From Nitratidesulfovibrio vulgaris str. Hildenborough (GTDB lineage Bacteria; Desulfobacterota; Desulfovibrionia; Desulfovibrionales; Desulfovibrionaceae), in NCBI RefSeq assembly GCF_000195755.1, contig NC_002937.3, forward strand, positions 1,590,001-1,622,000: a stretch of DNA of 32,000 nucleotides, written 5' to 3'. The first letter of the stretch is position 1. Each line of letters starts with the position of its first letter. The translations under genes were made by a program, and so were the position numbers. Positions 15,189 to 24,476 of the stretch are shown here, one piece after another. Below the pieces are notes generated by a model. It saw nothing but the letters and a program-made list of their open reading frames with translations, was not told where the DNA came from and made no database searches.

Positions 15189-15713
15189 TTATTCGCTGGT
15201 CGCCCGCAGCAGGCTGACCAGATGGCGTTGTACCAGTGCCACCTCTTCCTTGCTGACTGCGGGCATGTCGGGCGGGCGAGCTTTTGCGGAGTAGTCTTCA
15301 TCGTTCTCGATGACCGCAAGGCACGCTGCCGCCTTGCCGAGGACGAAGAAGAAACGTTCGGGCTGCCAGCCAAGTTCGCGTGCCTTGGCTGCGGCACCAT
15401 CAGACCATGTGAACCCGGGGGTGCCTGTCGCGTCGATGGATGGGGCAGGGCGGTCACCTGTCTTCCGCGACCATGCCTTGAACGCGGGAAAACCGTCGAT
15501 GAACCGGGCCAGTTCCTCTTCACGCATCGAAGGCTGAGCGTAGAAGCCCGCCTCTGCGGCGTGGGCGCTATCGACGCAGGGCCACAGCGTTGCCACGGGC
15601 GCGGGGGATGTCTCGCGTGTCGGGTCGCCAGGCAGGAATGCGGAAAAGGCGACGCCCGATGTGAGGGCAAGAACCAGGGCCGTTGTGCGGCCCGTGCGGA
15701 ACGGTGACAGCAT
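15189..15713 (-). CDS. Hypothetical secreted protein (174 aa)
   Basis: The start is set at ATG 15713, which has GGAG 6 nt upstream. The signal-peptide-like N-terminus is MLSPFRTGRTTALVLALTSGVAFSAF. The frame has strong C/G third-position bias. The opposite-strand ORF 15123-15707 is Cys/Arg/Gly-rich and was rejected. The family is not recognised. Confidence 0.7.
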   Translation of the reverse strand: MLSPFRTGRTTALVLALTSGVAFSAFLPGDPTRETSPAPVATLWPCVDSAHAAEAGFYAQPSMREEELARFIDGFPAFKAWSRKTGDRPAPSIDATGTPGFTWSDGAAAKARELGWQPERFFFVLGKAAACLAVIENDEDYSAKARPPDMPAVSKEEVALVQRHLVSLLRATSE

Positions 15714-15815
15714 GTGCACTCCGTTGGGGGGCGAGGCGGCACGGGCCGACACATGGTGCCGGCCCGTGATGAACGCATGTATGGTACGGCGGGGCTGTGG
15801 ACCCGCCTTGGGAGA

Positions 15816-16799
15816 CTAGTCGTACTTGACGGAACTGATCTTCATGAGCCGATCCCAGTTATGGTACGACTCGATATAGCGCAGGGTGCCCGTCTTGCCA
15901 CGGATGACCATGGAGTGGGTGACGGCACCGTTGCCGAGGTACTGCACGCCGCGCAGGAACGTGCCGCCCGAGATGCCGGTGGCGGCGAAGAAGACTTCAT
16001 CGCTGCGAACGAGCGTGTCGACGGTGAGTATGTCGCGGGTATCGATTCCGGCTTCGCGGATGGCTTCCTTCTCGACATAGGACTGGGGGTCGAGTCGTGC
16101 CAGCATCTGCCCGCCGATGCCCTTGATGGCGCAAGCCGCCAGTACGCCTTCGGGGGTGCCGCCCGTGCCCATCATGACGTCCACTTCAGAGCGCGGGTCG
16201 ACAGCCATGAGCGCTCCTGCCACGTCGCCGTCGGTGTGCAACTGGATGCGCGCACCGGCTTCGCGAATCTTGTGGATGAGCTTCTCGTGGCGGGGCTTGT
16301 CGAGGACGAACACCACGAGGTCGTCCACATCCTTGCCAAGGCTCTTCGCGATGTTCTTGAGGTTCTCCTTCACGGGTGCGTCGATGTCGACCACGTCACG
16401 GGCCGCCGGGGGGACGACCAGCTTCTGCATGTAGAAGCTGGGGCCGGGGTTGTACATGGTCCCCGCAGGGGCGATACCCACGACAGAGATGGCGTTGGGG
16501 CGGCCATAGGCCAGAAGCTTGGTGCCTTCGACGGGGTCGACAGCCACGTCGAGGGCGGGGCCGTGCCCGGTGCCCACTTCCTCGCCGTTGAACAGCATGG
16601 GGGCGTTGTCCTTCTCGCCTTCACCGATGATGACGCGGCCCTTCACATGCAGCGAATTGAAGCTGAGGCGCAGGGCGTCGACAGCGGCCTGGTCGCCAGC
16701 GTCGTTGTTGCCCTTGCCCAGCCAGCGGGCGGAAGCGAGCGCTGCGGCTTCGGTGACGCGAACAAGGTCGAGAGCGAGGTTTTTTTCCGGGGCTTCCAT
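15816..16799 (-). CDS. glpX: Class II fructose-1,6-bisphosphatase GlpX
   Basis: From ATG 16799 (GGAGGA upstream) the protein reads LALDLVRVTEAAALASARWLGKGNNDAGDQAAVDALR...VIIGEGEKDNAPMLFNGEEVGTG...LDVAVDPVEGT...DGDVAGA...GGTPEGV. This is colinear with E. coli GlpX as I recall it. Confidence 0.95.
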   Translation of the reverse strand: MEAPEKNLALDLVRVTEAAALASARWLGKGNNDAGDQAAVDALRLSFNSLHVKGRVIIGEGEKDNAPMLFNGEEVGTGHGPALDVAVDPVEGTKLLAYGRPNAISVVGIAPAGTMYNPGPSFYMQKLVVPPAARDVVDIDAPVKENLKNIAKSLGKDVDDLVVFVLDKPRHEKLIHKIREAGARIQLHTDGDVAGALMAVDPRSEVDVMMGTGGTPEGVLAACAIKGIGGQMLARLDPQSYVEKEAIREAGIDTRDILTVDTLVRSDEVFFAATGISGGTFLRGVQYLGNGAVTHSMVIRGKTGTLRYIESYHNWDRLMKISSVKYD

Positions 16800-16990
16800 T
16801 CTATCCTCCAACGGGGGGTATACTATGTCGACGGCGTCTGCGCCGCCGTGAAATGCAGTCGATCGGCCGTGGTGCATTCCCGCAGGACATGCCGCTTCAT
16901 CGGCGCGCAAGGACTGTAGCGCAGCCATCATGCGGCTTCAAGATAAAACCCGTTCGCCTGTCTGCCTGTCTCTATGGTCGCCCTTCGGGG

Positions 16991-17845
16991 TCACCGGAAT
17001 ACGACGGTCCTGTGTCCGTTGAGCAGCACCCGGTGCTCGACGTGGTAGCGCACCGCACGCGACAGGACGAGGCTTTCGACGTCGCGCCCCACGTTGACCA
17101 GTGCGTCCGGCAGGTGGGCATGGTCGACGCGCGACACCTCCTGCTCGATGATGGGCCCTTCGTCCAGATTCTCTGTGACGTAGTGCGCAGTGGCGCCGAT
17201 GAGCTTCACCCCGCGTGCGTATGCCTGATGGTAGGGCGAAGCCCCTTTGAAGCTGGGCAGGAACGAGTGGTGGATGTTGATGATGCGACCGGGGTAGCGG
17301 GAGCAGAATTCTGCCGAGAGCACCTGCATGTAGCGTGCGAGCACCACGACATCGCTTCGGGTGTCTTCGATGACCTGTGCGACGGCCGCCTCCTGCTCAC
17401 GCTTGGTGTCTTTCGTGACCGGCAGGTGGTGGAAGGGGATGCCGTGCATCTCGGCGATACGTTCGAAGTCTGCGTGGTTCGAGACGATGGCGGTGATCTC
17501 GGCCTGCAGCGTGCCCGTGCTGCAACGGAACAGCAGGTCGTTGAGGCAGTGGCCGAAGCGTGAGACCATGATCATGAGCCGCGATTTGCGCCCTGCGTCA
17601 TGAAGCTCCCACTGCATGTCGAAGGTGGCGGCGACTCCTGCGAAGAGCCTTTCAAGCTCGGGCCTGCCGGGGCCGTCGTCTGGCATTTCGAAATGGATGC
17701 GCAGGAAGAAGCGTCGCGTGTCGGGGTCGCCGAACTGCGCACTGTCGATGATGTTGCATTGCTGGACGGCGAGAAATGTCGAAACCGTGGCGACGATGCC
17801 TATGCGGTCGGGACAGGCGATGGTGAGTATGTAGGCGCTGGGCAT
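16991..17845 (-). CDS. purU: Formyltetrahydrofolate deformylase PurU
   Basis: The start is set at ATG 17845 (GGAG upstream). It has an N-terminal ACT domain (YILTIACPDRIGIVATVSTFL) and a formyltransferase core (MVSRFGHCLNDLL, IINIHHSFLPSFKGASPYHQAY, GATAHYVTENLDEGPII). Confidence 0.95.
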   Translation of the reverse strand: MPSAYILTIACPDRIGIVATVSTFLAVQQCNIIDSAQFGDPDTRRFFLRIHFEMPDDGPGRPELERLFAGVAATFDMQWELHDAGRKSRLMIMVSRFGHCLNDLLFRCSTGTLQAEITAIVSNHADFERIAEMHGIPFHHLPVTKDTKREQEAAVAQVIEDTRSDVVVLARYMQVLSAEFCSRYPGRIINIHHSFLPSFKGASPYHQAYARGVKLIGATAHYVTENLDEGPIIEQEVSRVDHAHLPDALVNVGRDVESLVLSRAVRYHVEHRVLLNGHRTVVFR

Positions 17846-17950
17846 GCGGACTCCAGAGGCTTGTCTCCCGGGATGCTTGCGGAAGGAGTGGTCGGCCTTC
17901 CGCGAAGGCATGGTCTACGTCAGAACCAGCCCGGGTTCAAGTCCGCGGGT

Positions 17951-18352
17951 CTACAGGCAGCCCATGTTGTCGCCGTAGCAGCGGCACAGCAATGTGTTCA
18001 CAGACTCGCATCCGGTCCTTTCGCGGGCGAAACGCCTGCGGAATACGCGGGCGGCCTTGCGGAACTTGCGACTTTCGACCCGGAGTACGTCAAGGGCCGT
18101 CACCGCGTCGTCGAGAGACAGCATGCCGCGTTCGACAAGGGCCTCGAAGTGCCGGCAGACGGTGTAGAAACAGCTCAGGCGTCGGCTCGGTGAAAAGAAA
18201 CCGATGCCGGGCATCCTCTTGATGATGCCGTCGACAGCGGCGCGCAACGCCTGGAAATCGTCCACCGCAAAGAACGGGTCGTCACGCCCGGTGCAGCGTT
18301 CGCCGAAAAAGTCGAGCAGGTCTTGAAGACTTGATAAACGACGTCTAGCCAT
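17951..18352 (-). CDS. Hypothetical 133-aa protein with Cys-rich C-terminus
   Basis: ATG 18352 has AGGGGGA 6 nt upstream. The translation is MARRRLSSLQDLLDFFGERCTGRDDPFFAVDDF...RTGCESVNTLLCRCYGDNMGCL. The family is not recognised. Confidence 0.6.
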   Translation of the reverse strand: MARRRLSSLQDLLDFFGERCTGRDDPFFAVDDFQALRAAVDGIIKRMPGIGFFSPSRRLSCFYTVCRHFEALVERGMLSLDDAVTALDVLRVESRKFRKAARVFRRRFARERTGCESVNTLLCRCYGDNMGCL

Positions 18353-18468
18353 ATCGGTTCCCCCTTTGTCGCTAGAAGCGATTCTTACCGGAAACCGCAC
18401 TTCCGGCAAGCACGGAATGCACAGGAAAGCGCTTGGGGGCATCTGGAGATGAAAGGAATCCGGGCTTG

Positions 18469-18507
18469 GGAAAAGGTGGGCGCGGTAGCCTGCAGGCTGC
18501 CGCGCCC
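18469..18507 (-). terminator. Rho-independent terminator after the 75-aa gene
   Basis: On the minus strand, GGGCGCGGCAGCC-TGCA-GGCTACCGCGCCC (13 pairs including one G-U) is followed by CACCTTTTCC. Confidence 0.55.
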
Positions 18508-18529
18508 GTTTCAGACAGGGAAGGACGAA

Positions 18530-18757
18530 TCAGTTTGCAGGGGCGAGAGAGGCGGCAGGGGCGCCCTGTGCCATCTTCTTGCTCTTGGCCTTCTTGTGCT
18601 GCGTCTTCTTCACAGCCTTCTTGTGTTCCTTCTTCGCCTGCTTGTGTACGGCGACCTTCTGGGTCGGAGTGGCGGTCTTCGCTTCGCCTATGGCAGGCAG
18701 TGCGGCAACGGAAAAGCAAAGGGCCATGATGGTAGCGGCGATGGAAAGGCGTTTCAT
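18530..18757 (-). CDS. Small secreted Lys/His-rich basic protein (75 aa)
   Basis: GGAGGA lies upstream of ATG 18757. The signal peptide is MKRLSIAATIMALCFSVAALPAIGEA. The mature ~50-aa part is very basic (KQAKKEHKKAVKKTQHKKAKSKK). A terminator lies downstream. Confidence 0.65.
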   Translation of the reverse strand: MKRLSIAATIMALCFSVAALPAIGEAKTATPTQKVAVHKQAKKEHKKAVKKTQHKKAKSKKMAQGAPAASLAPAN

Positions 18758-18956
18758 GAGCGTGTCCTCCAGTAGGGATGCTGTATGAACAGGCTTGTCC
18801 GCCTGAAAGACCTTGCGGTCAAATTAAATACAGATACTTAAGCGCAGTTAATGAATGCGGCGCCTTGCACTTTCGTATGGTTGCGGAATCGTGTACTCAA
18901 CGTGTTCCCGTGACACAATACTGCCAAGGGTCGATCCCATTCACAGCATAATCGCC

Positions 18957-21509
18957 ATGCCTGCCATGCCTCCTGAACAGACATCCTTCCGGCGTCTCGC
19001 GACGCCCTCTCTCGTCTCCGCCCTGCCACGCCTCACGGATGCGCTGCTTTCGGCCGGGCGCTGCGTTTTTGTTGCCCCACCGGGGGCAGGCAAGACCACG
19101 GTTGTGCCTCTTCATCTGCTTGATGCCCCGTGGTTGCGGTCGCGGCGCATTGTCATGCTGGAGCCACGTCGCCTCGCCGCGCGGGCTGCTGCCCGTTTCA
19201 TGGCGCGGCTTCTCGGTGAGCAGGTGGGCGAGACGGTAGGCTACCGGATGCGTCTGGACAGCCGTGTCGGGCCACGTACCCGCATGGAGGTCGTCACAGA
19301 AGGGGTTCTCGGGCGCATGCTGCACGACGACCCGACCCTCGAAGAGTATGGCCTTGTCATCTTCGACGAGTACCATGAGCGCAGTCTCCAGGCCGACCTC
19401 GGTCTGGCCCTCTGCCTCGATGTGGCGGATGCCTTGCGCGACGATTTGCGGCTTCTCGCCATGTCGGCGACACTCGACGCCGCCCCGTTGGGCTCGCTGA
19501 TGGGCGGGTGTCCCGTCATCGAGTGCGAAGGACGCCAATGGCCCGTCGAGGTTCGCTACGCGCCTCCAGTTAACAGGGCGGGGTATCCCTCCAGCTTCGA
19601 GGACAATGTCGCCGCCTGCGTTCACCGTGCGCTTGCAGAGACCGAAGGCGACGTGCTTGTCTTCCTGCCGGGGGGCGGTGAGATACGGCGTACCGCACGG
19701 CGGCTTGAAGGGCTCGATGCTCATGGCGTCGGCGTGCACATGCTCTATGGCGACCTTGCCCCGGCGTTGCAGGATGCAGCCCTTGCGCCGGACGTGTCCG
19801 GAGCGCGCAAGGTCGTTCTTGCCACCGCGCTTGCCGAGACCAGTCTGACCATAGAGGGCGTACGGGTCGTCGTTGACGGCGGGCTGGCCCGTTTCTCACG
19901 TTTCGACCCGCAAAGCGGCATGAGTCGTCTTGTGACTGAACGTATTTCGCTTGCCGGGGCGACGCAACGCGTTGGGCGTGCAGGACGCACCGGGCCCGGT
20001 GTCTGCTACCGCCTCTGGCATGAGGGCGAGACCGCTTCCCTGCGTCCGTTCGCACGTCCGGAAGTGCTCGATGCCGACCTCGCCCCTCTGATGTTGCAAC
20101 TGTCTGCATGGGGCGTGCTCGACCCCTCGAAACTCAGGTGGCTCGACGCTCCGCCAGAGGTCAACGTCAATCAGGCACGCATCCTGTTGCAATCGCTCGG
20201 TGCGATTGATGCTTCCGGTCGTATCACCGGTCATGGCAAGTCCATGAACGCCCTGCCGCTGCACCCGCGCCTCGCGCATATGGTGCTCTCTGCCTGCCGC
20301 AGTGGCTCTGCTTCTCTTGCCTGTGTTCTTGCCTGCCTGCTTGAACAGCGCGGAGTTGCAGAGCGGATGCCCGGTTGCGACATCCGTCCATCGGTCGAAG
20401 ATGCCGTCAGGCGCATGAGGCACAAGCCCCGAGGCGCCTCCCGTGAAGGATGGGAGGTGCGTCTGGCATCGTCGGTCGACCGCATCGCCGCGCTCGCCGG
20501 AGTCCGGCTCGATGCTGGCAGGGCCCTGTCAGACGTGGCACGGTGTGGCGTTCTTCTCGGCTTCGCCTTCCCTGACAGGGTGGCGATGAACACGGGGGAG
20601 GGCACGTTTCGCCTTTCGTGCGGGCGTGGGGCAGCCGTGCCTGCCGACGATGCGCTGGCACGTGAGCCTTTTCTCGTTGCCGCCGAACTCGACGGTGACG
20701 TCACCCGTGCGCGTATCTGGCGGGCTGCACCTCTCGCGGCGGAAGAGGTGGCGATGCTCGCCGGGGGTGCCATCACGGAACAGCGCGAGGTCGGATGGGA
20801 CGACAGGCAGGGCGTAGCGGTCGCCCATGTCGAACGCAGGTTCGGAGCACTCGTGCTGGAGCGCCGCCGCATCGACGACGTCGATGATACGCTTCTGGCT
20901 CATGCCGTCATGAGGGGGATTCGTACGCGCGGGTTGCGGTGTCTTCCGTGGACGCAGGAACTGCGGCAATGGCAGGCAAGGGTCGAGCTCATGCGGCGTC
21001 ACGACACTCCTGGAGGGCAATGGCCCGAGGTCGCAGACACAAGACTTGAAGCTGAACTTGAAGAATGGTTGATCCCCTTTCTGTCAGGCATACGGCGTGC
21101 CGAGCATTTCGCGCGCATCGACCTGCAGAGTGCCTTGAAAAACCTGCTCTCATGGGAACAGGCACGCCGTCTGGATGCCGAAGCCCCGACGCATGTGGTG
21201 GTCCCTTCCGGTTCACGTGTGCCCCTCGACTATACGGCGGAGGGCGGACCCGTGCTTGCGGTCAAGCTGCAAGAGCTTTTCGGCATGGCCGAATCTCCGG
21301 TTGTGGCGGGTGGTGTCTCTGTCGTCGTGCATCTGCTGTCTCCGGCTGGTCGGCCCTTGCAGGTGACACGCGACCTCGCAGGTTTCTGGCGCACGGGCTA
21401 CGCTTCTGTCCGCGCAGAGATGCGGGGGCGGTACCCCAAGCATCCATGGCCGGAAGACCCGCTCACGGCGATGGCGACCCGCCATACGCGAAAACGGGCA
21501 GGGCTGTGA
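18957..21509 (+). CDS. hrpB: ATP-dependent RNA helicase HrpB
   Basis: The motifs are Walker A APPGAGKTT, DEYHERS (DEAH-type), SATL, TSLTIEGV and QRVGRAGR. The C-terminal HrpB signature is VKLQELFGM...LLSPAGRPLQVTRDLAGFW...VRAEMRGRYPKHPWPEDP. The start is set at ATG 18957 because the upstream part of the track ORF lies in AT-rich promoter-like DNA; 18966 is also possible. Confidence 0.9.
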   Translation: MPAMPPEQTSFRRLATPSLVSALPRLTDALLSAGRCVFVAPPGAGKTTVVPLHLLDAPWLRSRRIVMLEPRRLAARAAARFMARLLGEQVGETVGYRMRLDSRVGPRTRMEVVTEGVLGRMLHDDPTLEEYGLVIFDEYHERSLQADLGLALCLDVADALRDDLRLLAMSATLDAAPLGSLMGGCPVIECEGRQWPVEVRYAPPVNRAGYPSSFEDNVAACVHRALAETEGDVLVFLPGGGEIRRTARRLEGLDAHGVGVHMLYGDLAPALQDAALAPDVSGARKVVLATALAETSLTIEGVRVVVDGGLARFSRFDPQSGMSRLVTERISLAGATQRVGRAGRTGPGVCYRLWHEGETASLRPFARPEVLDADLAPLMLQLSAWGVLDPSKLRWLDAPPEVNVNQARILLQSLGAIDASGRITGHGKSMNALPLHPRLAHMVLSACRSGSASLACVLACLLEQRGVAERMPGCDIRPSVEDAVRRMRHKPRGASREGWEVRLASSVDRIAALAGVRLDAGRALSDVARCGVLLGFAFPDRVAMNTGEGTFRLSCGRGAAVPADDALAREPFLVAAELDGDVTRARIWRAAPLAAEEVAMLAGGAITEQREVGWDDRQGVAVAHVERRFGALVLERRRIDDVDDTLLAHAVMRGIRTRGLRCLPWTQELRQWQARVELMRRHDTPGGQWPEVADTRLEAELEEWLIPFLSGIRRAEHFARIDLQSALKNLLSWEQARRLDAEAPTHVVVPSGSRVPLDYTAEGGPVLAVKLQELFGMAESPVVAGGVSVVVHLLSPAGRPLQVTRDLAGFWRTGYASVRAEMRGRYPKHPWPEDPLTAMATRHTRKRAGL

Positions 21510-21686
21510 CTGTGGCTCAAGTTGTCTGTGACAAGGCGAGATGCGCCATTGTCATGCCATCCTCACGTCCGTGATTGTGTCGTTTCGGCCCACAGCGGTC
21601 GTCGTATGGTTCCTGTCCGGTCCGATTCTCATGCGGGCGGTCGCACTGCCGTATAGCCATTTCACAGCATGTCCTTCATGATATGC

Positions 21687-21726
21687 ACGCCCCCGCCTTC
21701 GTGATGGAAGACGGGGGCGTCGTTTC
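21687..21726. terminator. Hairpin between the convergent hrpB and MscK-like genes (possible bidirectional terminator)
   Basis: ACGCCCCCG-C-CTTC gtgatg GAAG-A-CGGGGGCGT forms 13 pairs with one C/A mismatch and is followed by CGTTTCA on the + strand. The T-tract is short. Confidence 0.5.
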
Positions 21727-21813
21727 ATGATTCAGTCAGAACCGTACCGGGCATCCGGCCCCTGTCCGTGTGTGGCTGCTGACCGTTCGTCACTGCCGTG
21801 CAGGTGGTCGGGG

Positions 21814-24237
21814 CTACGCCTCGCCGGATGCACTGGGCGCCGTGGGTGTCGTTGCACCGGGCGTGAGCGGTTGCAACCCTTCGGCGCTTCGTACATGCAG
21901 GTCGAGCTGCGGGAAGGATATCTCCACGTTGTTCTCGCGGAACACTCGGTCTATCTCCACGCGCAGGTCGGAGGCCGTGGAGACGCCCACTGCGATGTCA
22001 TCGACCCACACCCGCAGGATGAAGTCGAGGCTGCTCGGGCCAAAGTTGTCGAAGAGCACCACGGGGCCGGGATGGTGGAGGACACGCTTGTGTGCTTTCG
22101 CCACCTCGAGCAACAGTCTGGTCACGAGTTCCACATCCGAGCCATAGGCGACGCCCACCGCCACGTCGCGGCGTATGGTGAGGCTGTTGCGGGTCCAGTT
22201 GGTGAGGCGGTTCGACACGAGGTCGGCGTTGGGGACGAAGATGACGGCGTTGTCGAAGGTCTCCACCGTGGTGGCCCGGATGCTCACCTTGCGGACTGTG
22301 CCCATCGTACCGCCAAGGTCGATGATGTCGCCCTCCTGCAAGGTGCGTCCGAAGATGAGGATGAGCCCGCTGATGAAGTTGTTGACGATGGTCTGAAGGC
22401 CGAAACCGATACCGACACTGAGACCACCGGCGATGACGGCGAGGTTGGTCAGGCTCACGCCCAGCGCGTTCAGCACATACAGGCCGAAGAGCGCCCACAG
22501 CAGGTAGGTGAAGGCCGTCTGCATGGGTTGCACCATGCTGCGGTCGAAGCGGTGCATCCGTTGCGGCAACCGCACGAGAAAGGTCGACCCCACCGCCACC
22601 AGTGAGCGGGTGACGTAGAACGCGGTCAGGATGAACAGGATGCGCAGACCGTCGAACGAGACCTCACCGACCTTGAAGTTGAATTCGATGGCGTGTCGCA
22701 GGATGTACGAACCGCCTGGGTAGGCGATGACCCACAGCACCAGCGCACCCGCCACCAGCAGGAGTACCAGCGGCGCGGCGATGCCGAGAATGACACCGCC
22801 GAGGATGGCGCTGGCCCCTTCACGGGGAAGCCGCGCGGAGGCGTCATCGAGCAGCCGCATGAGCGCAAGGCCAAGCTGAAGGCTGACGGCGATGGCCAGA
22901 TAGGCCATGTACAGCAGAATGGCGAGGCGGCCCCACCCGAAGAGCGTCACCAGCAGCGAAAGCCACAACATGAACGGTTCGATGAGAACCATGTTGGCTT
23001 CAAGGGGGGGGATGGTCCCATGGCGCTGGCGTTTACGGCTGTGCCACAGGGCGATGAGCAGTACCAGCGACCACACGGGGCCGAGAAGCACGAGAGGCGG
23101 GTTGAGGAAGAGCAGCAACAGGCTCGCCAGCACAGGGGCGAAGAGCGGCTGGAACGGAGAGCGCCGGGGAGAACCGGGACGATGCAGGGCCCTTAGTTCC
23201 CACGCGAGGGTGAGCTGTCCCCAGATGAGGAAGATGTTGGCCGGTACGACGATGGCACGGAACACCTCGCCGCTGTTCCACGAGGCGAAGTGCAGGGCGA
23301 GGCCTATGCCTATCCATACCATGGAGCGGTTCGTGAGGCGCTTCCACCGGTTGTCGGGCAGAGCCTGACGCAACGTCTCGCGTCGCGCCAGCATCCGGCC
23401 GAAGATGAGCACTGGCACGAAGATGAAGAGAAAGCGCAGGGCGCAGCCTATCCATACCTTCGGGGTCGTGGGCATCTCCGTGGCGAGGCGAAGCGGGGCG
23501 TTCTGGATGAACGTCTCGACACTCATCTGCAGACCGTTCCACGTACCCACATCGAACAGGTTGCTCGAAGGTTCGAGGTAGTGGCGACGCCACAGGTCGG
23601 GCAGCATGGTCTCTATCTGCCTCCTTGTGGTGGCGATGCGGCCAAGCAGCACCTTGCCCGGTTCGATGACGCCCGAGAGGCGGCTACGAAGGCTTGCGAG
23701 CTTGCGTTTACCCTGTGAAAGGTTGTTCAGGTAGGTCGTCAGTTCTGCGGCGAGGTCGCTTCGGTCGCGGGGCAGTTGGGCGACGAGTTCCTTCTCGGCC
23801 GATTCCAGTTCGCCGAACTTCGCCTCAAGCCCTTCATGGATGGTTTGCAGCGGTGAGAGCGACTTCTGTAGCCCCCGTTCGAGGGCGAGCAGATGGCCGT
23901 TGATGGCGACAAGTTCGGAAGGCAGCGATCGGCTGGCCTGAAAGAGGGCGAAAAGGCGCTGGTATTCGCGTTGTGCGCCGGAGATGTCCGCATCGAGCTT
24001 GCGCGCCGTGGCAGGCAGGTCTTTGCGGAGTGCTTCGCTCTCTTCGAGTAGCGAGACAAGCTCTTGCGTCCTGTCCTGCCAGATGAGCCCCCATGCGTCA
24101 GAGGTGGGAATCTCTGCGGGGGGCTGTGTCTCATCGTCCGCCCGGGCAATGCCCGGCATGAGCAGGGCGATGAGCAGGAGCAATGTCGCAAGGCTGGCCA
24201 GCGATATGCGGAGGGGGCTGTGGTGGTGCTTTTGCAT
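21814..24237 (-). CDS. Large mechanosensitive channel of the MscS superfamily (MscK/KefA/MscM-like)
   Basis: It has a signal peptide, a ~250-aa periplasmic coiled-coil region, multiple TM helices, and a C-terminal MscS core GGLSVGIGFGLQTIVNNFISGLILIFGRTLQEGDIIDLGGTMGTVRKVSIRATTVETFDNAVIFVPNADLVSNRLTNWT. The start is set at ATG 24237; the track start 24255 is a TTG. Confidence 0.9.
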   Translation of the reverse strand: MQKHHHSPLRISLASLATLLLLIALLMPGIARADDETQPPAEIPTSDAWGLIWQDRTQELVSLLEESEALRKDLPATARKLDADISGAQREYQRLFALFQASRSLPSELVAINGHLLALERGLQKSLSPLQTIHEGLEAKFGELESAEKELVAQLPRDRSDLAAELTTYLNNLSQGKRKLASLRSRLSGVIEPGKVLLGRIATTRRQIETMLPDLWRRHYLEPSSNLFDVGTWNGLQMSVETFIQNAPLRLATEMPTTPKVWIGCALRFLFIFVPVLIFGRMLARRETLRQALPDNRWKRLTNRSMVWIGIGLALHFASWNSGEVFRAIVVPANIFLIWGQLTLAWELRALHRPGSPRRSPFQPLFAPVLASLLLLFLNPPLVLLGPVWSLVLLIALWHSRKRQRHGTIPPLEANMVLIEPFMLWLSLLVTLFGWGRLAILLYMAYLAIAVSLQLGLALMRLLDDASARLPREGASAILGGVILGIAAPLVLLLVAGALVLWVIAYPGGSYILRHAIEFNFKVGEVSFDGLRILFILTAFYVTRSLVAVGSTFLVRLPQRMHRFDRSMVQPMQTAFTYLLWALFGLYVLNALGVSLTNLAVIAGGLSVGIGFGLQTIVNNFISGLILIFGRTLQEGDIIDLGGTMGTVRKVSIRATTVETFDNAVIFVPNADLVSNRLTNWTRNSLTIRRDVAVGVAYGSDVELVTRLLLEVAKAHKRVLHHPGPVVLFDNFGPSSLDFILRVWVDDIAVGVSTASDLRVEIDRVFRENNVEISFPQLDLHVRSAEGLQPLTPGATTPTAPSASGEA

Positions 24238-24417
24238 GGGAACCTTATGCCACAAGTCGGCACTGGTGTGAACGGTTGTGTGGCGAAAAGGGGGGCAACG
24301 TCACGCAGCGTGTGGCCTCTCGAAGAGCCCGTCATGGATGCGTGAGAACAGTTCGCGTTGCGCAGTCGCCGGGGCGCGCATGTGCCGCACGGCAGCAGAG
24401 GTGTTGTTCGGTGGACG

Positions 24418-24462
24418 CACCCGGAAAGAGGTCATCACGTTCGGATGACCTCTTTCCGGGTG
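24418..24462 (-). terminator. 19-bp perfect hairpin 15 nt downstream of the adhesin stop codon (terminator or RNA-stabilising stem; no U-tract)
   Basis: CACCCGGAAAGAGGTCATC (24418-24436), loop ACGTTCG, then GATGACCTCTTTCCGGGTG (24444-24462). Neither strand has a T-run after the stem. Confidence 0.45.
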
Positions 24463-24476
24463 TGAGCAGTGTATGC

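Noticed and set aside
17931-17950. GGGTTCAAGTCC, a T-loop-like sequence suggesting a tRNA or tmRNA fragment between purU and the 133-aa gene.
   Set aside because: The flanking bases do not form a T-stem or an acceptor stem, and no D or anticodon arms can be drawn upstream.
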